DNA from: an uncultured Chloroflexia bacterium
GTDB taxonomy: Bacteria; Chloroflexota; Anaerolineae; Anaerolineales; Anaerolineaceae
DNA: 32,000 nucleotides
NCBI GenBank assembly: GCA_963806635.1
Contig: CAWDZA010000023.1
Location: 226,876-258,875, forward strand
Direction of reading: 5' to 3'
Positions 8,776 through 18,575 of the stretch are shown here, in pieces. The notes beneath the pieces are model-generated. The model saw only the letters and a list, made by a program, of their open reading frames with translations, had not been told where the DNA came from and did no database searches. Numbering within the stretch: the stretch's first letter is position 1; each line of letters begins with the position of its first letter. The position numbers were made by a program, and so were the translations under genes.

Positions 8776-9705
8776 ATGAGAACAAAATATCTTCCTTTGA
8801 TTCTTTGCGCGGCGACCCTGGTTCTTTCCGCCTGTTCTCAGCCAACCACCGCGGTGCAAACTGCTGAACCTTCGGCACCCACAGCAGCGCCTCTCCCTCA
8901 GGCCACCCTCACCGCTGCCTTCCAGCCAGTGACCGAGGAGGCCGTGCTGAATGGCACATACACAATCCAGGACGGCAAGCAAACGGTGCAACTCTCTAAT
9001 GGCAAGTATGAATCCGGGAAGGGATCTGATTATGTGATGGCAACCGTGGTTCCCCCTGTTGCCTTCGGCGATCTGAATGGGGATGGGGTTTCCGATGCCG
9101 TGGCTGTGCTGGCTGAAAATTACGGCGGAAGCGGCACATTCCTGACCCTGGTGCCTGTGCTGGCGGCCTCGGAGGGGGCAAGCCCTCAAAAGGGGGTCAG
9201 CCTGGGCGACCGCGTGCAGGTGCAATCGGTTTCGATCTCAGGAGGCACAGTGAGCGTTTCCCTCCTGGCACAGGGACCCAACGACCCAATGTGCTGCCCC
9301 AGCCAGGCGCAGACCCGGACGTACGAATACCTGCAGGGAACAGGAATGGTCTTAATGAGCGTCACCTCGCAGACGGCAAACGGGCTGACCCGCACGATCA
9401 TCATCAATACACCGGCTGCGGGCAGCGATGTGACCAGCCCCATGCCCTTGAGCGGCAGCGTGACTATCGCGCCTTTCGAAAACAATCTGGTGGTGAAGCT
9501 CTATGATGCTGGTGGAACGCAGATTTCCGCTTCCCCGCTTCCGGTGACTGCCGCCGAGATGGGCGGACCCGGAACCTTCAGCACGAGCGTGGATCTGGCC
9601 GCGGCTTCAGTCCCGGCGGGAATGGTTCGCGTGGAGGTGGTGGATACCAGCCCGGCGGATGGCTCCATCCTGGCGCTCGCGGCGGTGTACGTGAACTTCA
9701 AGTAA
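8776..9705 (+). CDS. Lipoprotein with C-terminal Gmad2-like immunoglobulin-like domain
   Basis: MRTKYLPLILCAATLVLSAC lipobox; C-terminal SPMPLSGSVTIAPFENNLVVKLYDAGG...VRVEVVDTSPADGS. Confidence 0.7.
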   Translation: MRTKYLPLILCAATLVLSACSQPTTAVQTAEPSAPTAAPLPQATLTAAFQPVTEEAVLNGTYTIQDGKQTVQLSNGKYESGKGSDYVMATVVPPVAFGDLNGDGVSDAVAVLAENYGGSGTFLTLVPVLAASEGASPQKGVSLGDRVQVQSVSISGGTVSVSLLAQGPNDPMCCPSQAQTRTYEYLQGTGMVLMSVTSQTANGLTRTIIINTPAAGSDVTSPMPLSGSVTIAPFENNLVVKLYDAGGTQISASPLPVTAAEMGGPGTFSTSVDLAAASVPAGMVRVEVVDTSPADGSILALAAVYVNFK

Positions 9706-9720
9706 GTTGAAGAGCAATCC

Positions 9721-9745
9721 AAAGGACTTCGAATCGAAGTCCTTT
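9721..9745 (+). terminator. Candidate hairpin terminator AAAGGACTTCGAATCGAAGTCCTTT
   Basis: Perfect 12-bp arms just after the lipoprotein stop codon; only a weak T-tract. Confidence 0.5.
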
Positions 9746-9959
9746 GTTAGCGAATGTAATATAATAAATAATTTAAATATTAAAATATATTTAAATATTG
9801 GAATATTTAATAAACACATTTTTTGAGCGTTACCCTACGCTCGCCTAACGGTTTTGAAAGGTGGGTTGTAACCAACCCCGAAGGTCTATACAATGAAAGA
9901 ACGCCCTCTGTGTGGGCGGATAGCCATTTTCTTTTTTGTTGATTAAGAAGGAGGCAATC

Positions 9960-10659
9960 ATGTTATCAAGATACCGTTGGACCATTTTTACCGCTGCTCT
10001 GATCCTGGCAATGCTCTTCTCAGTGTTCCCCCTGGGAGCGGTAAAGGCCGAAGGGGAGGATCCGGCGCCGACCGATACCCCGGTCACGGAAACGCAGCCC
10101 GCCGCAACTGAAGACGCAACAGCTGCAGAAGAGGTGCTCGCCTGCGAGTGAAACCGCCTCCGCCATCGGAAGAAACTTCACCTACCGTGGAAGAGGTAAT
10201 CGCCCAGGTTCCAGATGGGGTGACGGTAGTGCCATTGGATTCCTATCGGCCAGCCGCTAACCATGGCGGAGAAAGCAACCGCCGAATCCTATGTTACCGG
10301 CGACCCAGTGTATTGCCCCAGAACGTTTTGTTTGGAGATCCTCAATGCGAACATTACGATTACCATCGACGAAGCCATTAACTAGATCAATGACAGCTGA
10401 TTTTGGAACAGTTTATGTGGAAGTAGATTACTCAGACTCGAACCCAGCTCCCATAATCATCGACGGCTTACTCGTACGGACAAGATTTTCCGCAACGATT
10501 TTCATTAATCGGCGGGGTCGATATTTCCACCGGAGAGATCGTAGGCAGGACGAAATTAACACGGCAGATCAGTCGTCAGTAACGTCCCAATTTTTAACTA
10601 TTGAAAATTTCTCAGTTACTTTGCCTGGATACTGTACATGCCTAATCTCGCTGAAGTAG
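9960..10659 (+). pseudogene. Degraded secreted surface/adhesin-like protein remnant
   Basis: Signal-peptide start MLSRYRWTIFTAALILAMLFSVFPLGAVKA, then an early stop. Successive frames carry AEKATAESYVTGDPVYCPRTFCLEILNANITITIDEAIN and FGTVYVEVDYSDSNPAPIIIDGLLV. Confidence 0.5.
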
Positions 10660-10747
10660 CCGGAGATTGCCATCGGCCGCATTTTCAGCAGAAACAATCG
10701 GTGCTGACCATGGAACCGATTAAGTAAGGGGAAAGAACCATCAAATC

Positions 10748-10779
10748 AACCCCGAAGGATACCGTTCGGGGTTTTTTTT
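10748..10779 (+). terminator. Rho-independent terminator
   Basis: AACCCCGAA ggatacc(g) TTCGGGGTT followed by a T-run. Confidence 0.75.
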
Positions 10780-10800
10780 CTATGGTGAAGTCGTTCGGCT

Positions 10801-11638
10801 TCAATCCGGCTTCTGGGCATCCTTGCCGGCGCCCAGCGCCTGGCTGCGTTCGTAGGCAGCCCACACCGCGCGCGAGATGGCGGTGCGGAAGCCGGCTTTT
10901 TCCAGGTAATAGAGCGCCTCGGCCGAGGTGCCGCCCGGGGAGGTGACCTCGTTGCGCAGGCTGGCGGCGTGCTGCTTGCGCCCGGAATAGTAATCCACCG
11001 AGCCGCGCAGGGTTTGCGTCACCAGCTGCTCGGCGATGCGGCGCGGGAAGCCCAGGTGCACGCCTGCGTCGATCATGGCTTCCATGAAGAGGAAAACGTA
11101 CGCCGGCCCGGTGCCGGATAGGGCGGTGGCCATATCCAGGTAGTTCTCGTCCTCCACGAAGATCTCTTCGCCGAGTGCGCGCAGGATGCTGCGCTGCCAG
11201 CTCGCGCTGCGATTCGGTGACCTCAGGCGCGGCGGTCCACACCGCGATGCCCTCGCCGATCTGGGCGGGGGTGTTGGGCATGGCGCGGATCACGGCGCGG
11301 TGGTGCAAGCCCGCCTGCAGGGCGGCCACCTTGGCGCCGGCGATGATCGAGATCACCAGGGCGCCTTGGCAGGGATGATCCCGTGCAGGTCCTTCATCAC
11401 CGCGGCCAGGCGCTGAGGCTTGACCGAGAGAATGACCACATCTGCCTTGCGCGCGGCCTCGGCGTTTTCGGCAAAGTGAATATGGTAGCGCTGCTTCAGC
11501 TCATCACCGCGCGCCGAGCGCGGCCCGGCGGCAGTCACGCCCGGCGGGTGTGGTGAGCTCCTTGCGGAGCAGCCCGGCGATGATGGCTTCACCCATCACG
11601 CCGGGACCGATGATGGCAAAACGGGTTTTTTCGGTCAT
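10801..11638 (-). CDS. proC: Pyrroline-5-carboxylate reductase, interrupted by at least three apparent frameshifts
   Basis: MTEKTRFAIIGPGVMGEAIIAGLLRKE; ADVVILSVKPQ; VIRAMPNTPAQIGEGIAVW; YLDMATALSGTGPAYVFLFMEAMIDAGVHLG; VTSPGGTSAEALYYLE, distributed over several frames. Confidence 0.8.
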
Positions 11639-11795
11639 GTTGATACCCTCAATTTAAGATTGCGGAATTATAGTGGAAAAGTTCTCTTCCAAAAGGGCAC
11701 TTTCAGGTCAAAGGATAAACAGGATAAATGGATATTAGGATATATATTTATTATCCTTACTTCCTTCCACGTTGTTTAAACAATTTTTTATAAGC

Positions 11796-13337
11796 TTACC
11801 CGATCCTACGGATCTTCTTATAGAACGGCTGCAGCTGTTTGTACATTTTCAGGTATATCTCTTTGTAAAGCTGGTCATAAACCCGGTGGTTCTGAGAGTT
11901 GGGTTCGAATATGTCCCCGGTGTGGGTCATAACCTCGACTGCAGTCTTGAAATCGGGATGGAGCTTTGCCCCAACGGCAGCATCTATGGCTGCACCCAGC
12001 CCGCTGGCTTCATACACATGCGGACGCGCAGTGGGCAGCCCGAAGATATCGGCGGTGAGTTGCATGGCAGCCCGGGATTGGCTGCCCCCGCCGGCCACGC
12101 GCAGCTCTTTGATCTTCACCTTGCTGCGTTTTTCGGTGCGCTCGGCGCCCTCGCGCAGGGCGTAGGCCAGGCCTTCCAGGATGGCGCGGTAGATATGGGC
12201 GCGGGTGTGCACATCCCCAAAACCGATGATGGCGCCGCGTGCTTCGGGGCCGGGGCTGCGCAAGCCGGGCGACCAGTAGGGCTGCAGCACCAACCCCTGC
12301 GAGCCGGGCGGGACGGATTCCACCAGCTCATCAAATAGCGCCTCGGGCTCCACGCCTTTTTCCGAAGCCAGGCGTTCCTCGCGCAGGCCGAATTCCTGCT
12401 TGAACCAGCTCACCATCCAGTAGCCGCGGTAGATCTGGATCTCGAAGCTGTAAAGCCCGGGCACGGCGGCGGGGTAGGGGGGGATGAGCGGGATGACCTC
12501 GATGTATTTATCGTGGGTGGTGTTGATGGTGGCGGTGGTGCCATAGGAAAGGCAGGCGATGGAAGGATCGAGCGAGCCGGCACCGATCACCTCGCAGGCT
12601 TTATCGGCAGCGGCGGCGATGAGGGGCAACCCGGCTGGAATGCCGGTTTGCGCGGCAGCCTCGGGAGTGATGCGCCCCAGCTCCTGCCCCTGGGGAATGA
12701 GCTCAACAAGCAGGGCAGGGTCGAGCGGGATGGCCTGCCATTTCCAATCGGAGGAGGAAGCCCAGCGCTGGGTTTTATAGTCGAAGGGCACGTAGCCCAC
12801 CTGGCTGCCGACCGAATCCACGAAGCGCCCGGTGAGCAGGTGGGTGAGGTAGCCGGAGAGGAAAACATAGTGCCGGGTGGCTTTCCAGATCTCTGGCTCA
12901 TGGGTGGAGAGCCAGTTGGCCTCGGCTTCGGCCTGCAGGTAGGCCACCGTCTCGCTGGCACCGGCCAGCTTGAAGGCCGCGCCCCACAACCCGCCCACCG
13001 GGGGCAGCCCCTCGGTGCGGCGCTGATCCAGCCAGACGATGGCCGGGCGCAGGGGTTTGCCATCCGCATCCAGGTTGAGGACGGTGGAGCGCTGGGTTGT
13101 GAGGGAAACCGCGGCGATGGAGGAGGCATCCACCCCCTTTTGCTTGAACAGGCCTTTACAAGCGGCGCAGAGCGCGTTCCAGAAGACGGCCGGGTCCTGC
13201 TCGGCCAACCCCGGCGCGGTGGAGTAGTAGGGCTCGATGGGTACGCGCTCTTTTGCCAGCAGGTTGCCGCGCGGGTCGAAGAGCAGGGCGCGCGCGGACT
13301 GGGTGCCGTGGTCGATGGCGAGCAGGTTTTCGGGCAT
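11796..13337 (-). CDS. FGGY-family carbohydrate kinase (xylulokinase/glycerol kinase-like)
   Basis: [75 protein letters not shown]. Confidence 0.85.
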   Translation of the reverse strand: MPENLLAIDHGTQSARALLFDPRGNLLAKERVPIEPYYSTAPGLAEQDPAVFWNALCAACKGLFKQKGVDASSIAAVSLTTQRSTVLNLDADGKPLRPAIVWLDQRRTEGLPPVGGLWGAAFKLAGASETVAYLQAEAEANWLSTHEPEIWKATRHYVFLSGYLTHLLTGRFVDSVGSQVGYVPFDYKTQRWASSSDWKWQAIPLDPALLVELIPQGQELGRITPEAAAQTGIPAGLPLIAAAADKACEVIGAGSLDPSIACLSYGTTATINTTHDKYIEVIPLIPPYPAAVPGLYSFEIQIYRGYWMVSWFKQEFGLREERLASEKGVEPEALFDELVESVPPGSQGLVLQPYWSPGLRSPGPEARGAIIGFGDVHTRAHIYRAILEGLAYALREGAERTEKRSKVKIKELRVAGGGSQSRAAMQLTADIFGLPTARPHVYEASGLGAAIDAAVGAKLHPDFKTAVEVMTHTGDIFEPNSQNHRVYDQLYKEIYLKMYKQLQPFYKKIRRIG

Positions 13338-13460
13338 GGTGGTTCCTCCGAAACAGGATGGATATATTATGCGCCGGAATGGGGTTTTTGCCAAAGGGGA
13401 AAGGTTAGAATCGAAACGAAAAAACGAATCCGGGGGAAAAATCATGCTTGAGCTATTACA

Positions 13461-13673
13461 TTGGACGAGTTTTTCTTTGCCCTGATCTTCACCAGCACCC
13501 CGGCATCCAAAACTGTTCCGGTGGCGATCGCAGAATTCGTCGGACGCTACGCAGTGAATATCACCGGCATGATGGCGGGCGGGTTCCTGGCTGCGCTTCC
13601 GCCCATCATTTTGGCGCTAGTCTTCCAGCGCTTTATTGTCCGCGGATTAACTGCCGGGGCGGTGAAGGGGTAA
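13461..13673 (+). pseudogene. Truncated C-terminal fragment of an ABC sugar-transporter permease (MalG/UgpE-like)
   Basis: [69 protein letters not shown] matches the family C-terminus; no N-terminal part on this strand. Confidence 0.7.
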
Positions 13674-13708
13674 AGTGGACGATGTGGCTATATCAAAACA
13701 CCAGCCCC

Positions 13709-15514
13709 CTACTCATACTTCCTCCGCTTCTCCTGAAGCTTTTTCTCCAACTCCGCTTTGCCCGGCACCCGGGCTTTTTTTGTATTCATAATCCCCCAGT
13801 GTTTACTGCTTTGCTCCGCGCTCATATCCAACCCCAGCGTGCCGCCCGGGTTGAGGATGCCGCGCGGGTCGAAGTGATCTTTGAGCGCGCGGATCACGCC
13901 CATGGATTCCGCGCCGATCTGTTCCTCCAGCCAGGGAGAGGTCTGCTTGCCGATGCCATGGTGGTGGCTCATGGCCGCGCCGGTCTTTTGGATGGCTTCC
14001 AGAACGCTGTACTGAAGTTCCAGGTATTCGCTGATATCGCTCATGCGCGCAATGAAAATGAAATATAGATTGGCGCCCTGCGGGTAGGCGTGCGAAAGAT
14101 GGGTCATGCACACCGTCTGCGGTCGGGCTTTGATCACCGCGCGGACGCCGGCATGAACCTCCATCAATTTGGACCAGGGCACGGCGCACTCGAGCGTGTC
14201 GATCAGGATGCCGAAATCAGAAAGGTCCTCGCGCAGGAAGGGATCGGTAAAACGCGATTTCTCCCAGGATTGCACCACCCGGAAGGGGGTGAGGGGGAAC
14301 GCCTTTTTCCGACGGCAGAGCGCATTGACCCGGTTTGCAACCAGCCGGGCGTGATCCTCCTGACCGCCGCTGGTGCCAAGCAGCAGACAGCGCTGCATGG
14401 GCTTAAACCCGAGGGCGCGCAGGAGAGAATCGGCCGGGGTGCCGTGGATATGGTAGGTGCGCATGGCCACGTCAGTCTCCTCGGGATCCGAAAGGCGAAA
14501 GACGGAGGGAAAGCCGGATTCCGATTGCATCACCTCGCGGTAGGTTCCCAGGGCATCCTCCCAGGAACGGAAGAGCCAGGCGTAGCGCCGGGTGGTCTGG
14601 GGCGTGTGGCGGAAGACCCGCAGGGTGACTGAGGTGACCACGCCAAAAGTGCCCTCCGAGCCGGCCAGGATCTGGCGCATATCCGGTCCGGTGGCGGAGC
14701 GGGGGTAATCAGGGCTGCGGATCACCCCACCGGGATAAACCATCTCGAGGGAGTAGAGGATATCCTCGATCTTGCCGTAATAGGTGGAGTTCTGCCCGGC
14801 GCCGCGGGTGACCACCCAGCCGCCCACGCTGGAGTGCTCAAAGGACTGCGGGAAATGCCCGCAGGTATAGGCGCGCGAGGCGGAGAGGGTCTCGGGGGCG
14901 CGGTTGAGGATATCTTCCAATTCAGGTCCCCAGATGCCCGGCTCCACGGTGATGGTCTGGTCGGTCTCGTTGAAGGACAGCACCCGGCGCATGTGGGTGC
15001 TCAGGTCCAGGCAGATGCCGCCCTTCACTGCTTCCATCCCACGGGTGACGGTGGAACCGCCACCGTATACATACAGAGGAATGCGGTGATCGTTGCAGTA
15101 GTTTACGATCTCCACCACGTCATCTTTACCACGCGGGGCGAGGACGGCTTCGGGCAGATTTTCCACGATACCCTGGCGCAGGCGCAGGGCATCCACCTGG
15201 CCCGCGCCGTAGGAAGCCTTCACCCGGCTGAAGGTATCCAGGCGGATATTCTCCTCCCCGACGATCGCCGTGAGTGCCTCCAGGTGTGCACGGGAAAGCT
15301 TAGATGGGATCTCGGTCGGGAGCGGGTCCATGCACAGGTTCGGGGACTGGAAATCCGCGTCGGTCATACCGAAGGTTTCCTTGATGAAGGCGTAAAGGCC
15401 ACTGCCCGGATGCTTGAAGCCGGCGGGGTCACCGTATTTAAAGAGGCTGCGGCGTGAACCGGGCGGGGCGACGGTCTCGCACCAGGGGGGGGTGAAGGAG
15501 GGTTTTTGGGTCAT
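13709..15514 (-). CDS. FAD-binding oxidase (alkyldihydroxyacetonephosphate synthase/glycolate oxidase-like)
   Basis: PEAVLAPRGKDDVVEIVNYCNDHRIPLYVYGGGSTVTRG; AGSEGTFGVVTSVTLRV; AAMSHHHGIGKQ; FDPRGILNPGG. Confidence 0.85.
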   Translation of the reverse strand: MTQKPSFTPPWCETVAPPGSRRSLFKYGDPAGFKHPGSGLYAFIKETFGMTDADFQSPNLCMDPLPTEIPSKLSRAHLEALTAIVGEENIRLDTFSRVKASYGAGQVDALRLRQGIVENLPEAVLAPRGKDDVVEIVNYCNDHRIPLYVYGGGSTVTRGMEAVKGGICLDLSTHMRRVLSFNETDQTITVEPGIWGPELEDILNRAPETLSASRAYTCGHFPQSFEHSSVGGWVVTRGAGQNSTYYGKIEDILYSLEMVYPGGVIRSPDYPRSATGPDMRQILAGSEGTFGVVTSVTLRVFRHTPQTTRRYAWLFRSWEDALGTYREVMQSESGFPSVFRLSDPEETDVAMRTYHIHGTPADSLLRALGFKPMQRCLLLGTSGGQEDHARLVANRVNALCRRKKAFPLTPFRVVQSWEKSRFTDPFLREDLSDFGILIDTLECAVPWSKLMEVHAGVRAVIKARPQTVCMTHLSHAYPQGANLYFIFIARMSDISEYLELQYSVLEAIQKTGAAMSHHHGIGKQTSPWLEEQIGAESMGVIRALKDHFDPRGILNPGGTLGLDMSAEQSSKHWGIMNTKKARVPGKAELEKKLQEKRRKYE

Positions 15515-15807
15515 GTCTGCCTCTCAGGAGAAGGGATAGTTTCAGATTCGAAAAGCTCAGTAAATAGGTCTTTGCATTCCGGGTTTAGGCTGAGGATCAG
15601 GTCGATCTTATCCTTCCGCGAGCCGCCTTTGATCTGCTTTTCGCGAGCTATGGCGGAAGCAATATCATCACCAAATTCATAATACACCAGCCGGGTGAGG
15701 TTGTACCGGCGGGTAAATCCGGGGTGGTTACCGGACTGCATAAAAAGGTGGCATGGTTTGAAGATCTCATTGATTTCTTCTGGGATTGCTTCGTCGGGCT
15801 GTCGCAA
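15511..15807 (-). pseudogene. 5'-degenerate GIY-YIG endonuclease-like fragment
   Basis: GNHPGFTRRYNLTRLVYYEFGDDIASAIAREKQIKGGSRKDKIDLILSLNPECKDLF resembles the second half of a small GIY-YIG protein; the N-terminal GIY-YIG part is missing. Confidence 0.55.
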
Positions 15808-15830
15808 AAACCCCTCCTCGCAATGACGGG
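15782..15830. repeat. Dispersed-repeat-like segment GCCCGTCATTGCGAGGAGGGGTTTTTGCGACAGCCCGACGAAGCAATCCC (minus strand)
   Basis: Resembles the 'GTCATTGCGAGG...GAAGCAATC' dispersed repeat type seen in many bacterial genomes. Confidence 0.5.
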
Positions 15831-17413
15831 CTATCCCGGTTCCGGAGAATAATATTTCTTCCAGGTTGTGCGGTAATCAGAAAGCTCGCGCTGCCAGGTG
15901 GCATCATCCCACCCGAGTTCGGGTTGGACGATGGTCCGCACACGATCCATCACGCCTGCAGCGCCATCTGGCAGGAGCATCCCCAGCCGAACACGGCGCA
16001 GCAGCAGATCGGAAAGGTGCTGCACGCCCTCCTCGCGGGCAGCCCAGCGCAGCTCGGCCCAGATGTTCTGCAACGGCTGGATATTTTCCAGCTCGCCCTC
16101 CCTTGCCGCAGCAAGCATCTTCGTCGGTTTCCAGTCCATGCCTGCCGCCCAGGTAAAGCGCAGACGCACGGTCAAGGGATTCCAGAGCGCCGAAATCCAC
16201 CTTATCGAAAATTCGCCGCTTCGGAACCGATGGGTTGCGTCCCATTTGGGTAAGCGCTGCCTCCACCGCCTGGCGGGCCATGATGCGGAAGATGGTGTAC
16301 TTTCCCCCAGTGATGGTTATCAGACCCTGCTCCTGGTAGAGTGCGTGCCGGCGCGAAACCTTTGAAGGCAAGTCGCTGGCGCCATTCTGAAGCGTGGGAC
16401 GCACCCCGGAAAAAGTGGACAGGATATCCTCTTTCGTGAGCGCCTGGGAGGGAAAAAGGAAATTGGCTGCCTCCAGCAGATAGGCAATCTCCTCCGGGGT
16501 GGCAAAGGGCTCCGCGTAACCATCCTCCAGCGCTTTGGGGTGATCCAGGTCGGTTGTGCCCACCAGGGTTGTCCCTTCGAAGGGCACCACGAACAATGAA
16601 CGCTTATCTTTGGGGTGCAGCAGGGTGACCGCCTCGCGCGCGGGGAAGCGCTCGCGCGAGAAAACCAGGTGCGAGCCGCGCAGCTTGCGGATGTGCGCCT
16701 CACCGCCTACCTGCGCGCGCAGCTCATCCGACCACGGACCGCAGGCGTTGATGACCACTTTCGCCTGGACCTCGGTGGTTCTGCCATCCGCGGAACGAAG
16801 TACCGCACCGCATACGGTCCCATCGGCGCGGCGCAGCAGCGATTCTGCGCGGGTGTAATTGAGCGCTGCCCCTCCCTCGCTGCAGGCTTCGCGCAATACC
16901 CGGATAAGCACCCGGGAATCATCCATGCCGGCATCGTAATAGAGCATCCCGCCCGTCAGCCCCGCCATATTCAGCCCGGGAAATTCTGCCTGCAGCCGGG
17001 CGGCATCCACCGTCCGATGGTCCCACTTGGGAGCGAGAAGATCATAAATGACGACGCCCTGGCGGAAGGCGGAAAGGGTGAGTGGATAGGATTCGTACGC
17101 AGGCAGGTAATACCCGATCTTCTTTACCAATCCAGGAGCTTCCTTCAGCATCCACTCGCGCTCGCGGACGGATTCGCGCGTGACCGAGTACTGCTTGTTG
17201 GCCAGGTAACGGAACCCGCCGTGGATCATCTTGGAGGATTTGCTGGAGGTTCCAAAGCTGAAATCATTGGCCTCCACCAGCACGGGACTTCAAGCCTGCC
17301 TGGACTGCCTGGCGCAGCACCCCTGCACCGGTGATCCCACCGCCGATCACCAGCACATCCCAGGGCTCGGAGAGACGCTGCCAGGTATCCAACCGCCACC
17401 GTTTATTCCACAT
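15831..17413 (-). CDS. glpD: Glycerol-3-phosphate dehydrogenase (FAD, GlpD-like), interrupted by two apparent frameshifts
   Basis: MWNKRWRLDTWQRLSEPWDVLVIGGGITGAGVLRQAVQAGLKS then, in another frame, VLVEANDFSFGTSSKSSKMIHGGFRYL; C-terminal ENIQPLQNIWAELRWAAREEGVQHLSDLLLRRVRLG in a third reading. Confidence 0.85.
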
Positions 17414-17464
17414 AGAACCTCCGTAGTACGAACGAATCACAATGAAATGCGTGGGGATTTGCCA

Positions 17465-18175
17465 TCAATCGATTTTTCCGTTTGTTCGTTCCTGAATTTG
17501 CTGCCAAAAAAACAGGCTTTCCCCCATGATCCTGGAAGTCAGGTTCTGAGCGGCAACCGCATCGCCCTCGCGCGCGCAGGCGAGCAAGCCCGAATAGAAA
17601 CCCAGCGAGCTGGTGCGGGTTTCCGGGATGGAGAAATAAAACTTGCCCATCTCGACGTAGAGATCCTGAAAACCGTTGAGGATGAGGGTGAAAACCGGAT
17701 TGTCCGAGCAGATGGTGAGCTGGTGGTGCACCTGCCAGTCGAAGGCAGAAAATTCCTCGGGGGAGCTCTTCGCGCCCGGGGCAGATTCCAGCAGGGAGAT
17801 AATGCATCGGGGGGCCCGCTCGATGGCCAGGCGCGTATACGCCGGGGCGAGCAACACCCGAACCGAGAGCAGGTCGGGAACAAAATTAGCGGGCAGATTC
17901 TGCCTGCGGCGGGCGATGGCAGCCAGCACGGCCAGGTTGCCCTCCTGCCAGTAATTGCGAACCCGGGTGGGTTTTCCCTGGCGGATCTCGATCCAGCCAT
18001 CCCGCGCCAGGCGCTGCAGCGCTTCGCGCAGGGTGGGGCGGGTGACACCAAGCCGCAGGGCCAGCTCGCGTTCTGCGGGCAGCGTGGATTCCACCGGGAA
18101 GGTGCCATCCAGAAAACCGGAAACCAGGCGGGTTTCGGTGAGCTCGGCGGGTTTTTCGGGAACAGACCAGTTCAA
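17465..18175 (-). CDS. GntR/FadR-family transcriptional regulator
   Basis: GTFPVESTLPAERELALRLGVTRPTLREALQRLARDGWIEIRQGKPTRV. Confidence 0.85.
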   Translation of the reverse strand: MNWSVPEKPAELTETRLVSGFLDGTFPVESTLPAERELALRLGVTRPTLREALQRLARDGWIEIRQGKPTRVRNYWQEGNLAVLAAIARRRQNLPANFVPDLLSVRVLLAPAYTRLAIERAPRCIISLLESAPGAKSSPEEFSAFDWQVHHQLTICSDNPVFTLILNGFQDLYVEMGKFYFSIPETRTSSLGFYSGLLACAREGDAVAAQNLTSRIMGESLFFWQQIQERTNGKID

Positions 18176-18274
18176 GCGAGGCTCCTGGTCAGAAAAAATT
18201 TAGAGGTAAGTGGTCTGACCAGTAATAGTATAGAGAATTTTCTATGAAAATGCAACAGGGAATTTAGGGATTTC

Positions 18275-18574
18275 TCAGCAGCAATCGCCCTGGCCGCCAC
18301 CGCAACCGCAGGTGGCTTCATCCATCTTTTTACCCCGCAGGGCAGCCTGGATCATGGCGGAGGCGCAGCCAACCCCGGCATCCACATAGATGGCTCTCAC
18401 CGGGCAGTTCAGCATGCAGGCGCCGCACTCCATGCAAGCAAGTGGGTTGGCAAGAATGGCTACTTTTTCCCCGCGGGCGAAGACGGCATGCGGGCAGACG
18501 ATGCTGCACAGGTCGCAGTTTATGCAGAGATCAGAATCATATTGCAGGGTGGTTTCGGTGTAGGAATTGAACAT
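18275..18574 (-). CDS. hgcB: HgcB, 2[4Fe-4S] ferredoxin of the mercury-methylation pair
   Basis: CINCDLCSIVCPHAVF; ANPLACMECGACMLNCPVRAIYVDAGVGCAS; C-terminal GDCC; starts 1 nt after the hgcA stop codon. Confidence 0.92.
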   Translation of the reverse strand: MFNSYTETTLQYDSDLCINCDLCSIVCPHAVFARGEKVAILANPLACMECGACMLNCPVRAIYVDAGVGCASAMIQAALRGKKMDEATCGCGGGQGDCC

Positions 18575-18575
18575 C

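Noticed and set aside
11690-11770. Small dyad AGGATA...TATCCT downstream of proC's start
   Set aside because: Short, imperfect and AT-rich; not distinguishable from chance.
12513-13451. Plus-strand 312-aa ORF
   Set aside because: Antisense to the well-supported FGGY kinase; low-complexity Gly/Ala/Arg composition typical of shadow ORFs in GC-rich DNA.
16615-18247. Plus-strand ORFs 16615-17334 and 17231-18247
   Set aside because: Antisense to glpD and the GntR/FadR regulator; no recognisable protein family.
18275-18574. Generic cytosolic ferredoxin
   Set aside because: CMECGAC motif, C-terminal Cys-Cys and coupling to hgcA support HgcB specifically.
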